A stretch of 64,000 bases of DNA. It comes from Candidatus Eiseniibacteriota bacterium. Its GTDB lineage: Bacteria > Eisenbacteria > RBG-16-71-46 > JABDJR01. A program made the position numbers and the translations under genes. Each line of letters starts with the position of its first letter. The stretch's first letter is position 1. The DNA is taken from positions 1,376,001 through 1,440,000 of the forward strand of contig CAWANH010000028.1 in NCBI GenBank assembly GCA_963783375.1, given 5' to 3'. Shown in pieces: positions 56,173 through 64,000 of this stretch. The notes under the pieces were generated by a model, which saw only the letters and a list, made by a program, of their open reading frames with translations, was not told where the DNA came from and ran no database searches.

Positions 56173-57336
56173 CTATCGCAGAAGTACAACTCTCCCCCGG
56201 GCAAGCGCCACGCCGCGGCGGGAGGCCTCGAGGAAGTAGACACCCTCCGCGAGACGCCGCCCCACACTGTCCCGTCCGTCCCAGGCAATCCCGTGGTCCA
56301 TGTCAACGCCGGCAATCGCTAGCCGACGAACGAAGTGGCCAACCGAGTCGTACACCACCAGCGCATCCAGGTTGCCATTCACGCCGGACACTCGAATCAG
56401 CGTGTGTCCGCGGAACGGATTGGGCCGGGCAGTCATCAGCATCGGCTGGGTAGGAGGTGCCAGATCCGCACCCAGCGTGGGAAGGGACAAGTCGGTCATC
56501 ACCCAGATGCCACCGGGACCCGCAAACGCGATCGCCGTTCCATCCGGGGACCAGCATGGCTCCCGGGCGAGGTCCTCGCTCGAGGCCTTGATTTGGACGG
56601 GATCTCCTCCGGACGCAGGAATGGTCCAGAGGGTGTAGCGCTCATTGAGTCCGGGCTGGTGGAATCGAATCGCATAGAGGATCCATGACCCGTCCGGGGA
56701 CCAGTCCGGATCGCGAACTGTGTAGCGATTGTCGGGATGAGAGTAGAGCCCGGTTGGGGCGGCGCTGCCGTCGGCGGGGACCGTAAACAGAGTGCCGCTG
56801 CTGGTGTTGTTCACAAAGGCGATCTTCGAGCCATCCGGTGACCAGGACGGTGCCGTCGACTGGTTGCCGATTCCCTCGATCGGGACACGCGCGGCATAGC
56901 CACCGGGGGTGGCGGGGCAGACGAATACGCGGGAGTTGACCGTGAATGCGAGCTGATCGCCGAGCGGCGACCAACTCAAGTAGTTCGTGTTGCCCCCGAG
57001 GCCGGTTCGCAGCGTGTCCCCGGCCTCTACTCCCGGGCAGATCACTGTCCCGCCCGGGGACTCGAAGGCAACGCTGCTGCCGCCGGGGGACCAGGTGGGG
57101 AACCACGCGATCGAGCCAGCGAGATCATAGGTGACCTCCACCGGCGCTCCGCCGGAGCTGGGGACGATCATGATGTGATAGCCACGCGTATAGACGATTC
57201 GATTGGATCCGTCCCGTGACCACTGAGGGTCATAGCCGCTGTCGAAGGTGATCTGGGTAAACGTGGCGGCGGTGGCGGGGCCGCTGACGAAACCGAGTGC
57301 GGCAAAGAGGAGAAAGAAGAAGGGCAAAGCACGCAT
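56173..57336 (-). CDS. TolB-like (PD40) beta-propeller protein with FlgD-Ig/T9SS-like tail
   Basis: Signal peptide, repeated PxWSPDG, PNPF...WDGRD...GVYFL. Confidence 0.88.
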   Translation of the reverse strand: MRALPFFFLLFAALGFVSGPATAATFTQITFDSGYDPQWSRDGSNRIVYTRGYHIMIVPSSGGAPVEVTYDLAGSIAWFPTWSPGGSSVAFESPGGTVICPGVEAGDTLRTGLGGNTNYLSWSPLGDQLAFTVNSRVFVCPATPGGYAARVPIEGIGNQSTAPSWSPDGSKIAFVNNTSSGTLFTVPADGSAAPTGLYSHPDNRYTVRDPDWSPDGSWILYAIRFHQPGLNERYTLWTIPASGGDPVQIKASSEDLAREPCWSPDGTAIAFAGPGGIWVMTDLSLPTLGADLAPPTQPMLMTARPNPFRGHTLIRVSGVNGNLDALVVYDSVGHFVRRLAIAGVDMDHGIAWDGRDSVGRRLAEGVYFLEASRRGVALARGRVVLLR

Positions 57337-58065
57337 CCAGACCTCCTCGAATCAACGCGATCTTGGGATCGCAACCCCGAGAGTGCGGAACCGCCAAGAA
57401 TTTATCATATCAAAGATGCGCAGGGGCACGATTGGAGACGTTCGAGCCTCGCGGGTCCGGATACCGAGATCTCTTCGGGCGGTCAAGACCGGGGCGATTG
57501 AGCCCAATTCCCTCCGGGGATGGCGCACCGGCGGGTTCCCGTCCAGAAGGGCCTCACTCCCGGCAATTCCGCGACTCCGGAGCTGCCAAGTTACTGGCCA
57601 GCCCCGAGTTCAGGCCCTATGGGAGCATCTTGAGGAGAGAGAGTATTTCCCAGACAGTTGGAATCCTGGCACCCGATCCTCAATCTCCAGACCTCCCGCC
57701 ATCAGCCGACCGAGCCAGGGGTACCCTCCAATCAGCTTCGGCTAGCGAGCCCGCTTTCCCCGTCAAGAAACTGTCGAGCTTCAAACTGCTCCCTGGGCCA
57801 GCCTCGGCCCCGGTGAACGCCATGATGACGTGGAGGGTCGAAGACCGGATGCACGATCAGAATGCGAATCCCGTTGCGAAGCAGCCTTCCTCTGACTCGT
57901 CTTACACCAACTCCATGCGACGAGGTCGGCCGTCTCGGTGAGGCCATCGTGCGATTGTGCCGATGCCTGCGGAGACCGCGGGAGCGACGAACCTCGACCC
58001 CCTGAAGATCGACTCTCGCCCCTGTACGAGATGCAAGCGCCGGATCGGTTGCGACGATGACCACC

Positions 58066-58454
58066 GTCCGGAGTGGGCCAATCAGAGGCTCTCGGAACTC
58101 CAGCACGAGAAGGCGGCACTGGAGCCCCAGGAGCCGGCCTTGAAGAAGCCGCCGAAACTAACGGCCGGAGACGTGACCGAGTACACCCGGAACCTGTCCG
58201 GGCTGCTGGGCCACGCTAACCAACGGGAAAGAAAGGAGTTGGTGGGTATGATCGTGGAGAAAATCAAACTGGCCCCGGAGCGTCGGGAGGTAGAACTCGT
58301 CTACCGCGCTCCGGAGCCAGTCATGAATAGGTTGGTAGCGGGGGTGCGTTACGGGGCCCGACAGAGGAATCTCGGAGGCGAATTCGAGGTCATCGAGCTG
58401 GCGTTCGAGCCCCGGGGGAACACGTTGGTCCTGGTGGGGGCGGCCGGCGGGTAG
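58066..58454 (+). pseudogene. C-terminal remnant of a large serine recombinase-like protein
   Basis: Coiled coil (NQRLSELQHEKAALE), then ERKELVGMIVEKIKL...VELVY...LVAGVRY. No catalytic N-terminus is visible. Confidence 0.5.
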
Positions 58455-58478
58455 GAGAGCGGGTTCGCCGGGACGTCC

Positions 58479-58542
58479 TTGACGTCTCGCGATGGCCCGG
58501 ATAGAATCACCAGCAGATTCGCATAACCGCTGGTATTTCTAT
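58479..58542 (+). promoter_or_regulatory. Sigma70 promoter and inverted-repeat operator of the AbiE operon
   Basis: TTGACG-N17-TAGAAT; inverted repeat ATAGAAtcACCAGC...GCTGGTatTTCTAT (58501-58542). Confidence 0.7.
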
Positions 58543-58544
58543 TC

Positions 58545-59171
58545 ATGAAGACAGAACATAACTCAAATCAGGACAGCACGTTTGCCAGGGCGGTGGCCGT
58601 CTTCCGCGACCACGGAGGGGTGCTCAGGACAATGGAGGCGGTCCGGCTCGGCGTCCACCCGCGAACGCTCTATGCCATGCGGGATGCCGGGGTGCTGGAG
58701 CAACTCGGGCGGGGGCTCTACCGGCTGGCGAACCTGCCGCCACTCGGGAACCCCGACCTGGTGGCGGTAGGCCTCCGCGTTCCGGAGGGGGTCCTCTGCC
58801 TGATCTCGGCGCTGGCGGTTCACGAGATCACGACCCAGATCCCTCATGAGGTCCATCTGGCTCTCAAGCGTGGCGCCGAACCACCACGGCTGGATCACCC
58901 CCCGGTTCGGGTGTTCTGGTTCTCGGGAAAGGCTTTCACGGAAGGGATCGAAACCCACGAGCTGGACGGGATCGAAATCCGCGTCTACGGGGCGGCGAAG
59001 ACCGTGGCGGACTGCTTCAAGTACAGAAACAAGCTCGGACTGGATGTGGCCCTCGAGGCGCTGGGACTCTACCTGCGAGAGAAGCACGGACCCCCCGACG
59101 ATCTCGTGCACTTCGCTCGCGTATGTCGTGTCGAAAAGGTGATGCGCCCCTACATCGAGGCCCTCCTGTGA
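58545..59171 (+). CDS. abiEi: Type IV TA antitoxin, AbiEi family
   Basis: wHTH N-terminus (G.LEQLGRGLYRL), CLISAL..HEITTQIP, KTVADCFKYRNKLG. Confidence 0.85.
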   Translation: MKTEHNSNQDSTFARAVAVFRDHGGVLRTMEAVRLGVHPRTLYAMRDAGVLEQLGRGLYRLANLPPLGNPDLVAVGLRVPEGVLCLISALAVHEITTQIPHEVHLALKRGAEPPRLDHPPVRVFWFSGKAFTEGIETHELDGIEIRVYGAAKTVADCFKYRNKLGLDVALEALGLYLREKHGPPDDLVHFARVCRVEKVMRPYIEALL

Positions 59172-60088
59172 AGCGCCGGCAGGTGGGAAACGTGGCGGTC
59201 TCCGTTCATCAGCGCCTGCTCAACGAGGCGCGTGCGTCCGGCCGGCCATTCAATGAGCTACTCCAGTACTTCGCCATGGAGCGATTCCTATTCCGGCTGT
59301 CCGCGTCGCCATACGCCGAGAGGTTTGTTCTGAAGGGGGCGCTCATGCTCGCGACGTGGGAGATCTCCCTCACGCGTCCCACCAAGGACATCGACCTACT
59401 GGGCAACGTGACCAACGACGTCGATCACATCGTGGCGATCGTGAAGGAAGTGTGCCGTCAAGAGGTCACGCCGGACGGCCTGGACTTCGACCCGGAGAGG
59501 GTGCGTGGGGAGCAAATCGCCGAGGAAGCCGAGTACAACGGGGTGCGTGTCCGCTTTCAGGGGCGCCTCGGTACGGCGCGGATTTCCATGCAGATCGACA
59601 TAGGCTTTGGTGACGCCGTGGTACCAGGCCCGGTGGCGGTCGAGTATCCCACGATGCTGGACCTTCCAGCTCCACGGATTCGCGCCTACACACAAGAGAG
59701 CGTGATCGCTGAGAAGTTCCACACCATGGTTCGCCGGGGACTCCTCAACAGCCGAATGAGGGATTTCTTCGATGTCTGGGCCCTATCGCGGCAGTTCGAC
59801 TTCGATGGGCCGGTTCTGGCGGCAGCAATCCGCGAGACGTTCTCGCGGCGAGGGCAAGGCTTTGCTCCACACCCCGTGGCGCTGACAAAGGAGTTCGCGG
59901 AGGATAGGTCGAAGGTGGCGCAGTGGCGGGGTCTTCTACGGAAGAGCCGCCTGCAGGGCGCGCCGGGCGAGCTGGCGGATGTGGTTGACGCCATTGCCGT
60001 CTTCCTCGGCCCGGTTGCAGAGGCCCTCTATGAGGATCGGGAGTTCCGAGGCCGTTGGGATGCGCCCGGTCCCTGGACGTTGGCGTGA
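59168..60088 (+). CDS. abiEii: Type IV TA toxin, AbiEii nucleotidyltransferase
   Basis: MERFLFRL, FVLKGA, RPTKDIDL, IAEKF, SRMRDFFD; GTGA overlap with the antitoxin gene. Confidence 0.88.
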   Translation: MKRRQVGNVAVSVHQRLLNEARASGRPFNELLQYFAMERFLFRLSASPYAERFVLKGALMLATWEISLTRPTKDIDLLGNVTNDVDHIVAIVKEVCRQEVTPDGLDFDPERVRGEQIAEEAEYNGVRVRFQGRLGTARISMQIDIGFGDAVVPGPVAVEYPTMLDLPAPRIRAYTQESVIAEKFHTMVRRGLLNSRMRDFFDVWALSRQFDFDGPVLAAAIRETFSRRGQGFAPHPVALTKEFAEDRSKVAQWRGLLRKSRLQGAPGELADVVDAIAVFLGPVAEALYEDREFRGRWDAPGPWTLA

Positions 60089-60186
60089 AGTCCGGTTCTC
60101 CCGCGGGAAGCGGGCGCCCATCTTCCCGGACGGGGGGACGACGCCGATGGGGTCATCCGGGGCGCAGAGCCAGCCCAGAAGGCAGC

Positions 60187-60236
60187 GGTTCCTTTCGGGC
60201 CCAGTTTCTCGCGGGTGCCGGCGACCTCGGCTTTCG
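60187..60236 (+). other. Lambda-like cos site (cosQ/cosN-like)
   Basis: GGTTCCTTTC followed by CGGCGACCTC...TTTCG. From memory this resembles the lambda end junction GGGTCCTTTC...GGGCGGCGACCTC. Lies immediately upstream of a terS-like gene. Confidence 0.55.
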
Positions 60237-60251
60237 TGGCGTGGGAGAGCC

Positions 60252-60833
60252 GTGAAACAAGTTCCCATCCGTACCACCGGTGCCGGGAAACGCCCTGCCG
60301 AACTGGTCTCCCTGCGTGAATACGCCCGCCGGCGGAGCATCTCCCACGTCGCGGTGATCCGTGCCATCCGCTCGGGCCGGATCTCGACCGTTGGCGGGAA
60401 GATCGACCCGAAAGTGGCCGACCGGGAATGGCGGGAGAACACCGACCCGTCGAAACCCCGAAGCCGGATCACCGGCAGGCCGAATCACCGGCGACGACCC
60501 GGGGAACCGTCCACCCCGATGAACCTCGACGGCTACGGGGCCAGCGACACCACAGCGGCCGGTTACGCGAGGGCCCGCGCGGCGCGCGAGCTTTACCGGG
60601 CCCAGCTCCCGAAACTCGAGCTCGATTGCCGACGCGGAATCCTCGTCCGGGCCGACGAGGTCCGGCTCGGCGCCTTCAACGTGGCCCGGAAGGCCCGGGA
60701 CCAGCTGATCGCTCTCCCGGGCCGTATGTCGGCCCGTATCGCGGCGGCCGGGGACCCGGTCGAGATTCGGCGGATCCTCAAGGAGGAAATCGAGCGGATC
60801 TGCCGGGAGATCGTGGACACAGGACCGCCGTGA
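60252..60833 (+). CDS. Phage terminase small subunit-like (Nu1-type) protein
   Basis: N-terminal HTH (SLREYARRR.ISHVAV..AI.SGRI...KIDP..AD..W), then ARARAARELYRAQL.KLE...G.LV..DEV...RDQL.ALP.R. Confidence 0.7.
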   Translation: MKQVPIRTTGAGKRPAELVSLREYARRRSISHVAVIRAIRSGRISTVGGKIDPKVADREWRENTDPSKPRSRITGRPNHRRRPGEPSTPMNLDGYGASDTTAAGYARARAARELYRAQLPKLELDCRRGILVRADEVRLGAFNVARKARDQLIALPGRMSARIAAAGDPVEIRRILKEEIERICREIVDTGPP

Positions 60834-60955
60834 GGTCGGCGAGGCGGCCCGCTGCCCCGACGGGGGAAATGGACCCAGGGGAGGGAGTACCCTCCGAGGC
60901 AGGGGCCGGCTCGGGTCACTATTGGGCGGACTTCCCCATCGAGCTGGTGTTCGTG

Positions 60956-61543
60956 CTACTGCGACGCTCTTGCCGACCGGAAGTAGAAGTCCAGCATGGC
61001 GCTCAGCGGGGCGGCATCCCGCTTCAGCCGGCTTCGAAGCGCCGCACCCTCCCAGCAGTCGACCAGTAGGCCCGCCATCTGCCGGGGATCGGAGCCGGCC
61101 GGGATGTCCCCGTTCCGGCGGGCCTCCTCCAGGCAGGCGGCCAGCCGCTCGGCGATCCCGGAGAAGCACTCCTCGATCCTGGCCCGGAATGCGTCGCTGA
61201 CCCCCGAGAGTTCCTGGCCGAGACCGCCGAGCAGGCAGCCCATGTAGCCCTCCTTCCGGTAGTGCTCCCGGGTCATCTCGAAGAAGTGACGCACCCGCTC
61301 AAGCGGGGGGCGGCGCGTGTCACCCAGGCAGGCATCCAGGCCGGCGTGCACCTCGCGCATGTACCGGTCGACGACCTGGAGCGCGAAGTCCTCCTTGTCC
61401 CTGAAGTGGTGGTAGAAGGAGCCCTTCGGGATCCCCGTGGCCTCCAGCAGGACCTGGACACCCAGCCCGTTGTACCCGTGCTCCAGGAGCATGGCCAACC
61501 CGGCGGTGAGCAGGCGATCCTTGGTCGGGTGCGTCGACTCCAT
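60956..61543 (-). CDS. TetR family regulator (NemR-like)
   Basis: GYNGLGVQ.LL.A.GIPKGSFYHHF..KEDF, GCLLG.LGQE, WEGA. Confidence 0.9.
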   Translation of the reverse strand: MESTHPTKDRLLTAGLAMLLEHGYNGLGVQVLLEATGIPKGSFYHHFRDKEDFALQVVDRYMREVHAGLDACLGDTRRPPLERVRHFFEMTREHYRKEGYMGCLLGGLGQELSGVSDAFRARIEECFSGIAERLAACLEEARRNGDIPAGSDPRQMAGLLVDCWEGAALRSRLKRDAAPLSAMLDFYFRSARASQ

Positions 61544-61557
61544 TCTCGTGCGCGTTC

Positions 61558-61944
61558 CTACTTCTTGACCTTCTCGATCATGTGGTTGATGACGTGGGTG
61601 TGTTCGGACTGGGGGCTGAACATCACGATCTCGGCATCGGCCTCGACGCGGACGTTGTGCCCGGGAGGCCAGTAGAAGAGGTCGTTCGCGTTGACCGACT
61701 CCTCCGCGCCGCTCGCGTCGATCGTGGTGATCCGGCCCCGGAGGACGTAGCCCCAGTGGGGGCACTGGCAGAGGTTCCCCTCCAGCCCTTCGAAGAGGGG
61801 GGTGGTATCGACACCCGCCGACAGGGTGAAGTACTCACCGCTGATCGCGCCGAACCCGCTCGCGTCTCCGAACCCCTTCTGCTGGCGGACCACGGCGCCG
61901 GGGATCTCCATCTGGACCTCGACATTGTCTTTCGCTATTCGCAT
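61558..61944 (-). CDS. Cupin-domain protein
   Basis: CQCPHWGYVLRG, FYWPPGH; AAGGAG RBS. Confidence 0.85.
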   Translation of the reverse strand: MRIAKDNVEVQMEIPGAVVRQQKGFGDASGFGAISGEYFTLSAGVDTTPLFEGLEGNLCQCPHWGYVLRGRITTIDASGAEESVNANDLFYWPPGHNVRVEADAEIVMFSPQSEHTHVINHMIEKVKK

Positions 61945-61978
61945 GCCGGACTCTCCTTCAACTGGTTGTGGGGGCCTG

Positions 61979-61998
61979 ACTAGACCGATCAGTCTAGT
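61979..61998. promoter_or_regulatory. TetR (NemR-box-like) operator
   Basis: ACTAGAC-cgatca-GTCTAGT, just downstream of TTGACA-N16-TACCCT on the minus strand. Confidence 0.7.
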
Positions 61999-62216
61999 GG
62001 GGAAGGGTACACCACGCTCTGGCCGTGTCAAGGAAGATGCGGGGTGACCCGGCGGACCCGGGCGGGGATGCACGCAGCTCCGATGGCCGCCGGTGCGATC
62101 CAGTATCCTCCACCGGTAAAGAGGGTTACGAGGTCGGGATGGCCGGATGACCGGGTGGCAATTGGCGAGCGCCGGCTCTCTCCGGGTGGAATACAAAGGT
62201 GCACGGGTGTACGTCG

Positions 62217-63276
62217 TCAACCCAAATGAGACAGCTCCGGTTCTGGGTTAAGAGAGACTTCGGTTCGGTAGAGCGCCGGCAGGATCCGTTCCTCCGGCGT
62301 GACCGACAGGCCCTGGTTCAGGCGGCACCGACGGCGTAGGGTCTGCCGCTTGAACTTCTCCCGGGCGGTCTCGATGTCCCGTCCCCGCCCGTAGTAGACA
62401 TCCGCCGGCGTCAGGTTGTTCAGCGACTCGTGCACGCGCTCGTGGTTGTAGTACCTCACGAACCGCTCCAGCTCCGCCTCCAACTCCCACGGCAGGTAGT
62501 AGTTCTGGAGCTTCACCACGTTCTTCATCGTCCGGTGGTACCGCTCGATCTTCCCCTGGGTCATCGGGTGATAGGGCTTTCCCCGGGTGTGGGTCATGCC
62601 ATGGCTCTGGAGGTACTCGGCCAGCTCCTTCGAGATGAAGCACGGACCGTAGTCGCTCAGGAGCCGGGGTCGGTGCCGGACCTCCACCCGGCGGACTCCG
62701 GTCCGCTCCAGGGCCACGTCCAGGACCTCGGTCACATCCTCGCTCGACATCCCGGTGAAGAGCTTCCAGGCCAGGATGTAGCGGCTGTAGTCGTCCAGCA
62801 CCGTGAGCACGTAGTACCAGCCCCAGCCTACCACCTTGAAGTACGTGAAGTCGGTCTGCCAGAGCTCGTGGACCCGCCGGGTCGGCTGGTCGAACTGGTC
62901 CTTGGCCGAGATCAGCACGTAGGCCGGGCTCGTCACCAGGTCGTAGCTCTTCAGGATCCGGTAGACGCTGGACTCCGAAATGAAGAACCCGCCCCGGTCG
63001 GTGATCCGCCAGGCCAGCTCCCGCGGGGACAGATCCGGCTCCGCCAGCGCCTCTTCCACAACCTTCTCCCGCTCCACCTCTGGGATCCGGTTCCAGAACG
63101 GCCGGGGCCCGGCGGCTTCGGCTCCAGCCCCGCCGGGCCGCCGTCCACGTACGCCCCGTCCGGCGGATCGGCGAAAAGGGGACATTTCAGTTCGGCGAAA
63201 TCGGGACAGCCGGGACCGGCGTTGACACCTCCACCAGGCGGATCGTCTACATCCGCTCCGCCGCCGTCGCCCTCAC
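62217..63276 (-). pseudogene. IS3 OrfB DDE transposase, 5' part disrupted
   Basis: WQTDFTY, LDDYSRY, LSDYG, TQGKIER, YYNHERVHESL. An early stop, a foreign insert and a frameshift lie in the 5' part. Confidence 0.8.
63152..63227 (-). mobile_element. IS21-family-like terminal fragment nested in IS3 orfB
   Basis: Begins TGTCAACGCCGG; two 17-bp direct repeats TGTCCC(GA/CT)TTTCGCCGA with 24-bp period. Confidence 0.55.
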
Positions 63277-63650
63277 CGCGCCCCCAGGTCCTCGGGGTCC
63301 TCCCCCAACCCGGCTAAGTTTCTTTTTAACAGCTGGTTCCGCAGCGATAGGTCCGCCACCAGGTGCTTCAGCCGCCCGTTCTCCCGGCGCAACTCCGTCA
63401 CGTCCCCGCTCGAGGCTTCCCGCTTGGTGTCGCCCATCAGCCGGCGCTTGCGCGCCTCCAGGAACTCCTTGCTCCAGTTGTAGTAGAGGTTCGGGCTGAT
63501 CCCTTCCCGGCGGCAGAGCTCCGCGATGCTCTCCTCGCCCTTCAACCCCTCCAGCACGATCCGGATCTTGTCCTCGGCGGATTACCGGCGGCGGGTCTTC
63601 CGGCGGATCTGACGAACTCGAGCCTCTGGATCGGTTTGCTTCTCGGCCAT
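63273..63650 (-). pseudogene. IS3 OrfA with in-frame stop
   Basis: MAEKQ...IRRKTRRR*SAEDKIRIVLEGL..EESIAELCRREGI; TAA at 63582-63584. Confidence 0.8.
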
Positions 63651-63872
63651 GAAACACTCCTTTCGTGGCACCAATGTACCGCAGAAGTGTCTCTTAACTC
63701 AGGCCCTGACTCTGTCCCACTTAGTCTGACGCCGAACAAGGGAAGAAAGCTCCTGCCTGACACTGTGCCGCCCCCCCGCCTATCCGCTACAATCCGGTGT
63801 CCGCGCCATCCGTAGACGCGAGCTTCCGTACGTCCGAAGACTCATCGTTTCCTTCTTGGAGACCAGCAGGCC

Positions 63873-64000
63873 GTGAATGTGTATACGGTCCTCTCAGCTC
63901 TGCCAGCTGTCCTGGCCTTGGCTGGATTCCTTGCATACCAATTGCTACGGTACACCCATGCTGGTGATAATATCACCAGGGACATTGTTGCGAAATTGCG
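63873..64000 (+). CDS. Possible membrane protein, 3' partial
   Basis: MNVYTVLSALPAVLALAGFLAYQLLR..., open to the window end, lower GC. Confidence 0.35.
   Translation, partial: MNVYTVLSALPAVLALAGFLAYQLLRYTHAGDNITRDIVAKL

Larger units (their letters stand above)
62208..63738 (-). mobile_element. IS3-family insertion sequence, degenerate
   Basis: Imperfect terminal IRs TGTACGTCGTCAACCCAAATGAGACAG...GTTAAGAGAGACTTC and TGTTCGGCGTCAGACTAAGTGGGACAG...GTTAAGAGACACTTC; orfA plus orfB. No exact TSD seen. Confidence 0.85.

Noticed and set aside
57340-58060. Several short ORFs between the TolB-like gene and the recombinase remnant
   Set aside because: No motifs or consistent codon bias in any frame. 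Probably promoter and decayed DNA.

Overview
GC-rich bacterial DNA. Several secreted proteins end in FlgD-Ig/T9SS-like tails and one is a PEP-CTERM protein, which suggests an FCB-adjacent lineage such as Eisenbacteria or Krumholzibacteria (inference only). 1-49 kb looks like core and envelope genes: a CusCBA-type Cu/Ag efflux operon, a 2485-aa repeat-containing S8 protease, a radical SAM gene, an ABC ATPase with a permease-M1 peptidase fusion, the glgE-treS/mak-glgB glucan operon, a TrmH methylase, an SDR, a DEAD helicase, a CDF transporter, ettA, PAP2, AKR, ferredoxin-NADP reductase, a Thr/Ser dehydratase interrupted by 106 nt, SPFH plus RHH, a PEP-CTERM gene and a Met gamma-lyase-like enzyme. 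49.4-64 kb looks accessory. It holds a sigma54-type divergon with OmpA/DUF4398 and beta-barrel genes on one side. On the other side is a PA2779-like Gly-Gly protein next to a C39-like peptidase-TPR-POTRA-Omp85-barrel fusion, the best candidate for an undescribed system. After that come a serine-recombinase remnant, an AbiE toxin-antitoxin pair, a lambda-like cos site with a lone small terminase, a cupin-TetR unit and a decayed IS3 carrying an IS21-like end. Several frameshifts could be read errors. All calls come from reading motifs by eye; no searches were run.
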